A stretch of 64,000 nucleotides of DNA from Hemiscyllium ocellatum (Eukaryota), in the NCBI RefSeq assembly GCF_020745735.1, contig NC_083439.1, forward strand, positions 7,888,596 to 7,952,595. The letters run 5' to 3'. Below are positions 1 through 12,316 of the stretch, piece after piece. Position numbers and translations under genes: made by a program. The notes under the pieces are model-generated. The model was not told where the DNA came from. It worked only from the letters and a program-made list of their open reading frames with translations, and searched no databases. Numbering within the stretch: the stretch's first letter is position 1; every line of letters begins with the position of its first letter.

Positions 1-888
1 AATAACTTTATTGCACCCACAAACAGGTTTCATGTGACCTCTCTCTCAAAGGTTTGAGAAATCAGTGACTAGTGAAGCAAGTTGTTTTTGATTTGCCTCA
101 GGAGAGATAAGGGTCCCATCCTCCGACTTAGTGATCATAGCCAATGACAGAACTAATAAAGTTTTGGTGGTGATGACCTCCTTGAGAAATAATGACTGCT
201 TACAGGATGCAGCTCCTTTCAGAAGAAAAGTTGATTTTCTTTTAACGACACAGTTGGAAGGCAATGGGCAACCATCTCTTGTAAACTTTTCCCTGGTTGG
301 ATTGATCAATGAAATTGAAATGAGTAGGTTCTTACGAATAACTGAAGTACAGACTCGAGGTGGGGAGAAATTAAGTGGGGACCTATACTTAGACGGATCA
401 TTACTATGTGTCTCTAAGTGCCTGAAAGGGCCAAATGAGTCAAGTGGCTTTTTTCTGTGCTGTAAATACTACATTGTGAAAATCTTTTGTCCTAATTTGC
501 TCCTGAAATTGTTGACTTGCAGTACCATGAATAATAGCAAAGATGTTGAGGGACCGTACCTGAATAATGTGAACATATCGCGAAGCAGATTATTGAACAG
601 TCTCTCACTACCTAACCCTTTGGCAGGTACAGGGAGTGAAACCTTTCACAAGCAGGTCCTGGGGATTCAGGGGAGACTTGATCGAAATGACGCACACACT
701 TCAGATAAATCACCTTTATTTTTATATGTTTCAACCTATCTCAAATTACAGTGACACACAAAATGTATAAATTTATGTTTGATGTTTTGAACATAACTAA
801 AGTCATGAGTTTGAGGAGAATCAAAATTCTCAGGCACTGGAGCAACCCATAACTCAAAGCTGAGGGGACATTCTGTGTGTGATCATCT

Positions 889-1019
889 NNNNNNNNNNNN
901 NNNNNNNNNNNNNNNNNNNNNNNNNNNNNNNNNNNNNNNNNNNNNNNNNNNNNNNNNNNNNNNNNNNNNNNNNNNNNNNNNNNNNNNNNNNNNNNNNNNN
1001 NNNNNNNNNNNNNNNNNNN
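889..1019. other. Assembly gap (N run)
   Basis: Run of n. Confidence 1.
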
Positions 1020-2262
1020 GCAGACTTCCAATATCCATTTACACAACGAGTTTGTCTCCTCCTGTAGGGCAATCCCAGCAGCTCATCGTGAAGCCCCAAG
1101 TCTGGGAATTTGCAGAAAGCTCTAATCAAGAAGATCCCTGTCATTGTTTTGAGTTGATAGACTCAGTGATTTCTTTGGGAATGCTGACACCTATCAGTCT
1201 GGTCAGTGTGGGGACAGTACATACAAACAAGGCCTCTATAACAATGACATGAAGTAGAGTGGGACGAAGTCATGGATCAGTTTGGCTAAAGTTGGATCAA
1301 AGTGGACTAGTTGGTCTGAATAGTCTGTTCCTGCGCTTTCAGAAACAGTTGTGTCCTTAGCTGCCAAGGTATTAGACATTCTTCCTAATCCTCCCTCCTT
1401 CTTTATTTCTCTCTTCCCTTTAAGAAACATCCTAAAACCTACCTCTCACCTGTCCTAATGTCACCTTCAGTAGGTCGCTATCACATTTGGGTGATAATTT
1501 TTCTATGAAGTATCTTGGGAGATGTTACTAATTTAATAGTGCGACATAATTACAGATTTTCATTGTAGCTACAAAGGTCAAGCATCCCTGTCTTGATGAG
1601 AGGTGACTGAGAGGCATCAGTCTGTCAGACCATCAAAGATATTAATTAAATAGTATCAGAAAACTGAGGACTGAGAAGGCCACTTCAGATTTAACCATGA
1701 CAGGAGGGCAAGGCTTGTACACATAGCAACAAGAAAGACTAAGCTATGGTTGCTATCAGGAAGTTAATTGTGATGAGCTTGTACCTCCTAGAGTCATATA
1801 TAGCTCCGGACCCACAGCAAAGCCGTTGATACTTATGTACCCTCTGAAATATCCTAATAGCCACCTAGTTGGCAAGAAGGTTATTCACTAACACCTTTGC
1901 AAGGGCAGTTAGGGTGGGTATTAAATGCTGTGGTGCCTACAATCCAATGAATGAAGACAAAATAAATTCAGCTTCACACATTGTGTGCCCAACACTTAGG
2001 AATGTAATCTGAGAAGAGTAGTAGAGAGGAGGAGCCTTTGAGTTGTTTAAGAGACAGGTGGATACTGCAATGCAGAAGAAAGAGTTGCACGTTTAAGGGA
2101 GACCAAATGAACTCTTTCAACGGTATTTATCTTGGTGCATGGGGTAACAACTGATCTTCACTTGGGTAGCATTGGAGTCAATCAGTAGATAATTTGGGTG
2201 GTTTAACCTGGAGAGAGTGCGTTGAGGTATTCCAATTCCTTGGTGTATCATTTGATGGAAGT

Positions 2263-2360
2263 TCAGTAATCTGCGAGTGGGAGGGTGATGCTCTGGATGA
2301 AGTCCTCGTATTTTACAATGCCGTTCGGGGGGATATTTGCTTCTTGCAGGAGGTCATCAA
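2263..2360 (-). CDS. CALML4: Calmodulin-like protein 4, exon 5 (last coding exon)
   Basis: Acceptor ttacag| then (V)DDLLQEANIPPNGIVKYEDFIQSITLPLADY*, TGA at 2263-2265. Matches the CALML4 C-terminus (VDDLFREADIEPNGKVKYDEFIHKITLPGRDY). Phase fits exon 4. Confidence 0.95.
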
Positions 2361-2911
2361 CTGTAAGATAGATGTACACAGTTTAGTTAACCGCTTATAT
2401 TTTCTTATTTTAATCTCCATTTTTACAGGCTTTTAACTAAACATTTCTAGTTTGGAATCTTCAGTTAAATCCTTACGTTGAAGAAATCTACTTCTTAACA
2501 GTTATAAACTCTCTTCTTTTTTCAGACAAAACTGTTCTACACATCCATCTTCAACAAGAACTTTTGACCAAAAGATTTCTTCAAGCTTTGGGTGTTTCAC
2601 TTAAACCAAAAAAAAAACCCATTCCAAATCCTTCTTATCAAAGCCTAATGCTTTGCACTTTACTTGGTTCAGTTGTAAAACCCACCCATGTCAACAAATT
2701 CATTTAATTGCCAAAAGCTATATTTGACACTTATTTTAAAAATGAATTTGGAAAGACTTACAAGTTAATAACTAAATACCTTGACACACTCATAGACCAT
2801 AACTGACATGCCACTAGTTCAAAATCCATACATCACAAGTGTCTTTGAAAGGTACCATATAAATGTCGGTAGAAAGACTTTAAAAAGAGAGTTTGTGCTC
2901 TGGGTTCTCAC

Positions 2912-3100
2912 CTTCCTGGTTTGTCAGTTTCTCACCAAGTTGGGTCAGTTTGGTCCTCAGCTCAGTGGCTGTAATGAAGCCTCGCTTTTGCTTGTCTGTC
3001 ATCAACATAGCTTCCAGAATCTCCTTTTGTGGATTCTCCTGCTGCTTCTGCTGGTGGATGATGGCAAGGAACGTCGAGAAATCCAGTTCACCATTTCTCT
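2912..3100 (-). CDS. CALML4: Calmodulin-like protein 4, exon 4
   Basis: aaccag| ... |gtgaga, 189 nt. Encodes (E)RNGELDFSTFLAIIHQQKQQENPQKEILEAMLMTDKQKRGFITATELRTKLTQLGEKLTNQE, with degenerate EF-hand loops as in CALML4. Confidence 0.95.
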
Positions 3101-3491
3101 CTGGTTAAAAAAAGATTAAAGTTCCACGGTTTCATTTCCCCCGGCTCTGTTACTGAAGACCCCAACACCCACCAACCCCTCCGAGCTCCCCTTCCCCACC
3201 ACCACCACCCTCATCTCCGTCTTCCTGCACGAGCCAGTCATGTTGCTTGACACCCCCCTTCTTCCCGATCGTGTGTCAGTGAAATCCAAACATGTTCCAG
3301 ACAACATTCCTACAGTCTGGTGCACAATCATCCAACTGGGGTCTAGCTAGTGGCTTCATCATGGTTGAGTGTAACCAACCTGCTTGTGTGGGTAGGAACA
3401 AATGAAAGCTGGAGAAACTCAACAGGTCTGGCAGTATCTGTGGAGTGTGGAAAACGGAGTTAACATTTCTGATCAATGATCTTTCTTCGAG

Positions 3492-3895
3492 GTCATAGAG
3501 TCATAGAGATGTACAGCACAGAAACAGACCCATTGGTCCTACATGTCCATGCTGACCAGATATCCTAACTTAATCTAGTCCCATTTGCCAACACTTGGCC
3601 CATAACTCTCCAAACCCTTCCTATTCATATACCCATCCAGATGCCTTTTAAATGGTATAATTGTACCAGCCTCCACCAATTCCTCTGGCAGCTCATTCCA
3701 TACATGCACCACCCTCTGTGTGAAAAAAATTGCCCCTTAGGTCCCTTTCCCCTCTCACCCTAAACCTATGTCCTCTAGTTCAGGACTCCCCCACCCCAGG
3801 GAAATGGCCTTATCTATTTATCCTATTTATGCCCCTCATGATTTTATAAACCTCTATACAGTCACCCCTCAGCCTCCGACGCTCCGGGAAAACAG
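3492..3895 (-). mobile_element. CR1 LINE 3' fragment (shark HER1/CR1 type)
   Basis: Tail gtcatagagtcatagagatgtacagca plus the ORF2 C-terminal segment shared with the copies at 15305, 28140, 34641 and 61834. Confidence 0.85.
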
Positions 3896-4035
3896 TTTTC
3901 AACTAAATTTCTTGTGTTAGTATTTTACATCTCATGGTATAAAGCCAAGGAATCCAATTCCAGTTAAACTTGCTTCATGGACATGACGAGCAGCAGTGTC
4001 CTGCCGACTGGGGAAATAAATTAGGGGAGAATTAA

Positions 4036-4365
4036 TTAGGGTAAGCGATGGCCTAATGGTATTATTGCTGAACTGTAGATCCAGGTAATATCCTGGGGAG
4101 CCAGGTTCAAATCCCACTACAGCAGATGGTGGAATTTGAATTCAATAAATATCTGGAACTAAGAGTCTAATGATAACCACAAATCTATTGTTGATTGTCA
4201 GGAAAAATTAGCTGGGTCACTAATGTCCTTTAGGGAGAGAAATCTGCCAGCCTTACCTGGTCTGGCCACATGTGACTCCAGACCTACATCAATACGATTG
4301 ACTCTTAACTACCTTCTGGGCAAATTAGGGATGGGCAATAAATGCTGACCCAGCCAGTGATACCC
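4036..4365 (+). mobile_element. tRNA-derived SINE, Meta-SINE-like
   Basis: A box tggcctaatgg, B box ggttcaaatcc, central gtcactaatgtcctttaggga...tgtgactccagac and tail attagggatgggcaataaatgctg. Confidence 0.7.
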
Positions 4366-4669
4366 TCTAGAGGAAGAAAAAACTCCACCCCTGCCAAATG
4401 CCAGTTGGCACCAAAACAATCTCTGCTTTTGTCCCTAAATCCATGTAGGCCCATTCCAGGAAACATTGCTAGTGAGGCAATGAGATGGTGAGCCATACTG
4501 ACATCCTTCTCATAATTTTCCCAGTATTCCTTCACACCAAGAATCCTGCCTGTTCGTCAATGGACTATTCCACCATTGAGACTTCACTGTTTAATCCATT
4601 CACAATTTCCAAGTGGCAGTGGAACAGGGGATGCAAGCTGATGTTTTGCCATTTTGTTTTTCTTGTGTT

Positions 4670-5050
4670 CTTTCATGAGAGGAGGGTATTGCTGGCAGGG
4701 CCATTTATTGCCCATTCCCAATTTCCCTTGAACTGAGTGGCTTGCTGGCTCATTTAACATAGAGTAAAAAATGAGGTCTGCAGATGCTGGAGATAGAGCC
4801 ATGAAGCGTCAACTATATTTCTGTGGTCTGGAGTCACCCATAGATCAGAAGAGGTAAGGAGAGGTTTCTGTCCATCAGTAAACCTGAGTTTTATTTAAAG
4901 AATAATCAACAATGGTTGCATGGTTATCTTTACAGACACAAACTCCAGTATAATTAGTTGAAGATAAACTCCAGCAACTGCAAAGGTGGGATTTGAACTC
5001 ATGTCCCCAAAGCCTTATCTTGGCCCAGTGACATTACCAATACACCACCT
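4670..5050 (-). mobile_element. tRNA-derived SINE, same family as 4036-4365, inverted and degraded
   Basis: Reverse-complement tail catttattgcccattcccaatt, core tctggagtcac, B box gggatttgaact. Confidence 0.6.
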
Positions 5051-5334
5051 CCCATAATGAAGGCCAGTCTGGATTCATTTGCTCCACTTGTTGAAATCAG
5101 CTAATTTGGCACAGAAGAGGTGTTTAGTGAAGTGTCTTCAAGCCTCCATCACTCTGTGCAACACTAGATAAAATTCAGTCCCATTGGATCACTGTGGCAG
5201 CTGCCAAGATATACTCTTTCATGAAAACCCTCACAAGTGTTGAATATTGAGTAAAATTTAACAAAATTCAACAGTTGGTTGATAGTAGTTCTATTTTCTG
5301 TTGGGTTGAATGTGCTGCTTCTGTACTTTAATAA

Positions 5335-6790
5335 TTGGGTGTTTTTGTCCTGTTCTGGCCACTATATTTTAGCAATGATGTCAAGGATTTGGAGCGAGTG
5401 CAGAAAGATTTTATGGGAGCGGTTCTGGGGATGAGAAACTTTGGTTATGAGGATAGATTGGAGAAGCTGAGACATAACTCTGTGGAAACATGAAGGCTGA
5501 GAGGGCGGCACGGTAGCACAGTGGTTAGCACTGCTGCCTTACAGCACCTGAGACCTGGGTTCAATTCCCGACTCAGGCGACAGACTGTGTGGAGTTTGCA
5601 CGTTCTCCCCGAGTCTGCGTGGGTTTCCTCAGGGTGCTCCGGTTTCCTCCCACTGTCCAAAGATGTGCAGGTCAGGTGAATTGGCCATGCTAAATTGCCG
5701 TAGTGTTAGGTTAGGGGTATGGGTGGGGTGCGCTTCGGTGTGGACTTGTTGGGCCGAAGGGCCTGTTTCCACACTGTAAGTAATTTAATATAATTAAAGG
5801 GCTTCAATCATGAGGGGTCTGCACAGAGTCAATTGGGAGAAAATATTTCCACTTGTGAACGGATCAAGAACAAAAAGACATAGATTTGACATAATTAGTA
5901 GAAGAAGCAAGAGTGGAATGAAGAATTTCTTTTCATGCAGTGGGATGTGCAACACACAGCCTGAGAGAGTGGTGGAGGAATGTTCAATTGAGGCTTTCAA
6001 AATGGAATGGAAGCTTATCTTAAAAGAAAGAATGTATATGGAGAAGGGGAATGGCACTAAATGAGATGCTTACTCATGGCTTCAATGGGCTGAGAAGCCT
6101 CCTTCTCATTGTAACAAAGCTGCGATTCTGTGTTAAGGCAGAGAAAATTGCAAACAAAGCTCTGAGGTTTATTTCTAAAGGAATACAATGGAAAAGCAGA
6201 GACACTGTATCACATACAGAAACTTGGTTAGACCTCAGTTGGAGTGCTGTCCACAGTTCTGGTCTCTATAATTACAAACCACAAATAGAGGCACAGCACA
6301 GATACATAAAAGATTTACTAGCAAAGAGACCAGAGAACTGAGAGGAGTTAATTATAACCAAATATTGAACAGGCCAAGGGTATTTTCTTTGGAAGCCAGA
6401 AGGCTGAGGTGTTTCCTGTGAAATGTGTAAGGATCTTGATGGGGTAAAGGTAGAGAAGATATTTCATTAGTCTGATAGCTGCTTTCTACTTCATCACAAT
6501 CTTGTGATTTGTAGGGGAGACCTTAAGTGGGCAACATTACAATGAAATAATCACTGATAAATCTGGTGGGAAACTCAGGAGAAGCTTTTCCACAGAGAGT
6601 GCTTGGAACAGGAGAACTCACTAGCCCAAGGTAAACTCTACAAATGCACTTAAGGCGAATTTAGAGATGCACATGAGGGAGAAAGGAGTAAAATGTTATG
6701 TTGATAGGGTTAAGTGGAGAAGGGTTGGAGGAGTTAGCATCAATACCAGCATTGATGAGGTGGGTTGAATGGCCTGTTTATGCGTTGCAG
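5335..6790 (+). mobile_element. Old CR1 LINE fragments (interrupted by the SINE at 5503)
   Basis: Degenerate ORF2 C-terminus (MRGLHRVNWEKIFPLV..., FFSCSGMCNTQPERVVE). Confidence 0.65.
5503..5790 (+). mobile_element. HE1/V-SINE (shark tRNA-derived SINE), inserted in an older CR1
   Basis: gggcggcacggtagcacagtggttagcactgctgcc head, B box ggttcaattcc, V-domain gtggagtttgcacgttctcccc...ggtttcctcccac, CR1-like tail. Confidence 0.88.
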
Positions 6791-6814
6791 ATTTTAGATA
6801 ACAATTGCATTTAC

Positions 6815-6955
6815 CGATTTTATGATGCAGCAGGTGTCTGTCCACCTCTCCTGGGGTTGGGCTGGTACCCAGGCACCGCATCACTGTGATCAGGTCTCCA
6901 GTGGATATCTTGCCTTTGCGCTTCTTGTCATACAGCGAGAAGCACTCTTTGAATT
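6815..6955 (-). CDS. CALML4: Calmodulin-like protein 4, exon 3
   Basis: ttcag| ... |gtaaat, 141 nt. Encodes (E)[46 protein letters not shown], the first EF-hand of CALML4. Confidence 0.96.
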
Positions 6956-7611
6956 CTGAAGAAAACAGATCAGGCATGTCACAGAACACACTATCACTGT
7001 CAGCTTCAATTGCTGTGAAATGTTGTTTGTGTGAGAATCACACTCATTACTGCAATAACAGTGCAGCATTACACTGTGTAAATGGTGATGTGTCACTCGG
7101 CTGCTAAGGTGAGCTGTGTTTAATGAGGCCTGCTGTTTTTAAAGCTTCAGATTCAGTTTGCTGTAAATCCTGAGGTCATTTAGGTCATTAATTGCTGCGA
7201 GTGAACAAATATTTGCAGATTGAAATGTTCATCTAGATTTATGATTGCATCTCAGGTGAAGCCAGCATGAAATTACTGGTTTTCTTTTTAAAATAAAATG
7301 TACCTCAAAAACTATTACGCGTCTCTTGTTAACGCGAATCGCCTGTAATGCGATTGGTGAACAGGGAATGATGTATCTAAAACGTGTGTTGGCTGGAACA
7401 CGATTATATTGCTAACACTTTAAGTGTTATTTGTATTGCATGATGTTTTATATAGCGTAGGAATGCAATGTCACATTATAGAAGAAATTACTGTAATGTG
7501 GCTTTTGTAAAGTATATACTGGGGAAATTGAAGTCAATGGTTTGTAAAGGGAAGCTGTAATAGCAGGCTTGGTCCATCCGTGAATGAGTCTCACTCTTGA
7601 TCTATTTCCCT

Positions 7612-7839
7612 TGTAGTGATTGTAACATGGTCAGCCAGATGGATGTCATAGAATATGTGTTTCCTGACTGGGGCTGTTAACCTGGTCCAACCAGGGAGCC
7701 CCAGCTGACAGATACAAACAGGAGAGTCAGAGATTCTGACAGCTGGCTCTGAATGAGGCAGTATGATAGGCGAGGACTGTTCATGTTTAAATAAAGGATG
7801 ACTTGGTGACGGAATACCGGCCTCTGTGGAGTTAGTTCA
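7612..7839 (+). mobile_element. Short solo-LTR-like element
   Basis: TG...CA termini, internal aataaa, flanks ccct/ctct. Homologous to 30222-30690. Confidence 0.55.
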
Positions 7840-9799
7840 CTCTCCTCTCCTGAAGTGTTGCCTCTCACTTGGCTATGATTCCCCACGTCCTCAACAGGCA
7901 CTGAGCAATCCCATCACATCCCCTGACTCACTGAGGCTAGCTAACTCCATCCAGACTAGGATCAAACCGGGCACCTCCCTGCATTCATATAGAACCCTCT
8001 TGTCTATTTAGGTAATAAGTGGCCTCTGAGTTGGCAAGTTACCATTCCTACTTTAACCCTGACCTCCATCTGTTTGACAATCCAGCCTTGCAGCTGGCTG
8101 ACTGCATCAAGTGAAAAGAGTTAAATAATAAATGACTTATTCTGACAGTTAGCAAAGAGGAACAAAGCCGAACCTGATCAGGATTGAACTAAACACTGTT
8201 CCCCCGTTCAACCTGATTAAGTATCTTTGGAATTAATAGTTTCTATTCCTGTGGGTGTGTCTCTATGAAATACGATCGACGTATTATGTATCTTTTCATT
8301 GTGTGTGCTGTTCTGTTTGTTTCTTTCACCTTTTGACTGATGGGTTCTTAGTTCTAAACAGCTCTGGGACTTTAGCTGCAGTTTAAGGTTTGGGGATTCT
8401 GGGCCATCGTTGCAGCCCCTATAGGGTTCTGCTCCTCCTACGGACTGTGCTTGTCATTGGCTTTGATTTCTGGACTTTAATTACTCCGTGTGGTGGCCCT
8501 GCCTTCAGCTGCCTGTGGCCCTAACCTCTGGGATTCCTATCCCAAGACCTGGATACCTGCCTCTCTTCCTTTAAGATACAACCTACCCGCTAACCAAACC
8601 GTTGTTTGTTTGCATTCCTAATGTTTCCTTTTACAGCCTAATCCTACGCCTGTGAATCCTGTTGGGGCGTTTTACAATGTTTCAGGTGCTACATAAATGC
8701 AAAATGTTGTTGTGGTCCTAACTCAGTACAAATTATTTCAGAAACACTACTTTTTTCTCTTCATGGAGAATTGATTCTCACATTCCCCAGAGACTCTGGG
8801 TAATTGTCCATGTGTAACAAGCACATTGAGGTGAGGTGACAGCAGCTGTCGAATGGTTCCAGCTTGGAGTCAGAGAGATGTACAGCACGGAAACAAATCC
8901 TTCTGTCCAACTCGTCCATGCCGAGCAGCTATCCTAACCTCATCCAGTCCCACCTGCCAGCACTTGGCCCATTGTCTCTTGGTTTTGACCACTCCACACA
9001 CAATGGGTCCCAGCAGCTCCCTCAGCAAGCTGAGAGTGGGCAGAACTGGACACTGAGGGTGGAATCTGTCCCATCCTCTGGACATGGTCTGGAGGAAGTT
9101 CAGAAAGTCCAGCATTATCTCAGCTCCCTAACACAATCATCCCTCTCCTCCACCCCTCTTGCTTTGGGAGTTGAAGGTAGGGAGTGAGGGGGGGGAGAGT
9201 TGGACAGCGTCAAAGACACAGATACAATGTAGTAAGCACCAATGGCAGATATCTGAGGCATTAATTGAAGTAATTAGCAAAAATCTATTTATTTAAGAGT
9301 CTACGATTTTGCTGAAGGTGTTGATACCCCAATCGCTCCCCCTGACCCCTCCCTGTTGACCCCCCCAATCACTGACCCCCCTAGCACTGACTCCTTCCCA
9401 GTGACCCCCCCCCCATCCATTGACCCCCCCTTCACCAATGGCCCATCCCTTGAGCTCTTCCACTGTCCCCTCTCCCACTGACCTCCTACCCATTGATCTC
9501 CCCTCCCCCTGACCCCCTCCGCAGGGTTATCCTCATGTCATTTCCTCACAATATAGAATATGAACTTGTGAAGACAAGTTTACAAAGGCAGTAGATACAT
9601 GGGAACCCCAGCCCCTGCAAGTTCCCCTCCAAGCCACTCACCACTCCCAATTGTGCCTGCAACTCCAAACCCCAACTCAGCATTGGAAATAGCCACTGAT
9701 GTGAGTGTCATCAGTTTAGGGGCTGCCCTCCTTCAGGAAGAGGTATCTAAATGGAAGAGATAAAGCTACACCCACATCAAAAAGGATACTGCATCTAGG

Positions 9800-10470
9800 G
9801 GTGCAGGTGCATTGTTCCTTGAAAGTGGAGTTGCAGGTAGACAGGGTGGTGAAGGAGGCATTTGGTACACTTGTCTTCTTGGTCAGAACATTGAATAAAC
9901 GAGTTAGGATGTCATGTTGTGGCTGTACAGGACATTGATGAGGTCACTTCTGGAATATTGCAAACAATTCTGGTCGCCCTTCTATTGGAAAGATGTTGTT
10001 AAACTTGAAAGGGTGCAAAAAAGATTTACTAGGATGTTGCTAGGTTTGACAGATTAGAGTTAAAGGGAGAGGCTGAAAAGGCTGGGACTGTTTTCATGGG
10101 AGCGTCAGAGGCTGAGAGATGACCTTATAGAGGTTTATAAAATCATGAGGAGCATGGATAGGGTAAATAGGCAAGGTCTTTTTCCCAGGGGTGGGCACGT
10201 CCAAAACTAGAGGGCATAGGTTGAAGGTGAAAGGGAAAAGATTTAAGAAGGATCCCATAGTGTAACATTGTCACATGTGTATGGAACGAGCTGCCAGTGG
10301 AAGCACTGGAGGCTGGCACGATTACAACATTTAAAATGCACCTAGATGGGTACTTGAATAGGAAGGGTTTCGAGAGATATGAGCCAAATGCTGGCAACTG
10401 GGATTAGGATGTCTGGTCAGCATGGGCTAATTAGACTGAAGGGTCTGTGTCTGTGCTGTGCTTTTCTATG
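9800..10470 (+). mobile_element. CR1 LINE 3' fragment
   Basis: Degenerate LERVQKRFTRML...VWNELP region and tail. Confidence 0.85.
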
Positions 10471-11852
10471 AGAAGGGGAAGGAAACCCTGAGTTTATCAG
10501 TGACTGTCAAACACATAGAGATCGATGTGAGAAATAGATAAAGAGGGACCACAGCCTATACTGACCACAACCCCATTTCCTGTTGTGGCAAGGTTTATGA
10601 TGTTATTCACTGGTGCTTGTTCCTTCAATATAAAAATCCACCACCAGGAAATTGGATAGCAAAGGCCCTGTCATAACCTAGAGAGACTCAGTTAGACCAA
10701 GAATAGAGGGGTGGATGTGTCCGTTGTTTTGTGTTAATTTCTTTTTCCCTACCTTTTTGTAATGAGATAAAATGAATCTTATTTTAGTCTTTTTGCAGGG
10801 GAAATGTCATGATCATGAATCATAAGCCTGGTCACCCATGGGCATAAAAAGCTTTTAATTACAACAAGTTTTTGTTACAACAAGTCTTTGTTTTTAAAGA
10901 GGACTGATATAGACAAAGATAACTGTCTGGGGAGAATTTCTGAAATGTCACAACTGAAAGTATCAAAGAAGCTTCAAGGGGAGAACTGGATTACATATTG
11001 AACTTGTGAGTATCTTACACTGTGAACCTGATGGGATAAAAGTCAGTGAGTGGGGCAAAATGCATGTTTGCATTTCCCCCTTTCAAGAATATACAAGTTT
11101 CACCCTGTTCTGTATGTATCAATGGTCTGAAACTCTCATGTCTGAGCTATTTGTGTGAATTGATGTGGGTTTGACACTTGGTGCAGTGTGCATCACAGTC
11201 AAAGAAGTTTCCATTAGTCACCCGTGCATTTCAGGTAAAGGAAGTCCCTCTCTGAATGCCAAAAGCTAGATAGCAAACCAATTCAAAGGAAAATAGGACA
11301 AAAGAATTTTGGCCAACTTGCAAAGCCAAGAATTTCAAAATCAGTAATCCACTATTTACTTCATGTGCATGACTCAAAGACTGATCGATATATCTTTAGC
11401 TTCCAGCTTTTATTGGACTCAATTATTATGTCATCACCTTACATTTAGAAATGAATAAACTCACTCTTTTGTTAACTCGAGAAAGCTTTATTAAACTGGC
11501 CTTTTATAAAACTTAAATTTCTTTCATCTGGAAGAAAGGCATTCACGAGGGAAGGGGTCCTTTCTAAAAGTCACCTTGTGTGTGGGGCAGGTCAAATGGA
11601 GGGACAGGTCAAATGAACAGGGACATAGTTCATCTGTCCTTACCAGGGTCTTTGACAATTTTAGACATCCATCTGGAACTGCAATAAATTGGGGAATCCC
11701 ACCCAGGGGCTTGTTGCAATAACATACAGGACTTCAGGATCGGAGACCAAAGCTTGGAGGGGTGTTTAGTGAGAGGGGATTGTCGCCACAACAAGGAAAT
11801 AGAGTTTAGGCACTGGGGACTCCAATAACCTGTGAGAAATAACTAAACAAAT

Positions 11853-11881
11853 ATACCATACCATACCATACCATACCATAC
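11853..11881. repeat. (ATACC)n pentanucleotide microsatellite
   Basis: About 6 units, roughly 20 nt into CALML4 intron 2. Confidence 0.9.
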
Positions 11882-11902
11882 TATGTATAGACTCATACTC
11901 AC

Positions 11903-11933
11903 CATGGATTTCATCTTGAGTGAAAAATTTAGC
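11903..11933 (-). CDS. CALML4: Calmodulin-like protein 4, exon 2
   Basis: ttgcag|GCT...CAT G|gtgagt. 31-nt exon AKFFTQDEIH, the classic calmodulin-family exon 2 size. Confidence 0.92.
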
Positions 11934-12022
11934 CTGCAATTGGAACAAGAAAAGTTATTGCTTTGTGTTTCCACATTAAGAACTATTTTGAAAGCACTGG
12001 GATTCTCTTGTTTTGTCTTTAC

Positions 12023-12025
12023 CAT
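12023..12025 (-). CDS. CALML4: Calmodulin-like protein 4, exon 1 coding part (ATG only)
   Basis: gcaATG|gtaaag gives an 89-nt intron to exon 2. Calmodulin-family genes end exon 1 at the ATG. Total CDS 3+31+141+189+98=462 nt = 153 aa + stop. Confidence 0.7.
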
Positions 12026-12254
12026 TGCTTTTGCTGCCTCCCTGTTTTCCCTTCCTCTTTAATGATGTGTTTGTCTCTCTAGTCGCAATCCAGTACTGCT
12101 CGCCTTACCCCTCCACCTATCTGATTATAGGCTAAAGTCCACAATGAATACTGCTTAGTGGATGCAATAAATATCCTGATCACTATGGTTACAGGATGAG
12201 GCATCCCACAGGGTCAGATTCCAGCTACCAGCTGTTAATCCATCTGACAGACAT

Positions 12255-12283
12255 GCGCACACCCACAGGAACACACACACACA

Positions 12284-12316
<33 letters not shown>

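Noticed and set aside
131-754. 207-aa ORF on +
   Set aside because: GTG start, no recognisable domain, and it lies downstream of and antisense to CALML4. Probably a chance ORF.
5503-5575. tRNA gene
   Set aside because: The A/B boxes belong to the head of a SINE and continue into the SINE body.
10581-11724. Possible solo LTR (tgttgtggcaa...ttgcaataaca)
   Set aside because: Imperfect termini, no TSD and no second copy in the window.
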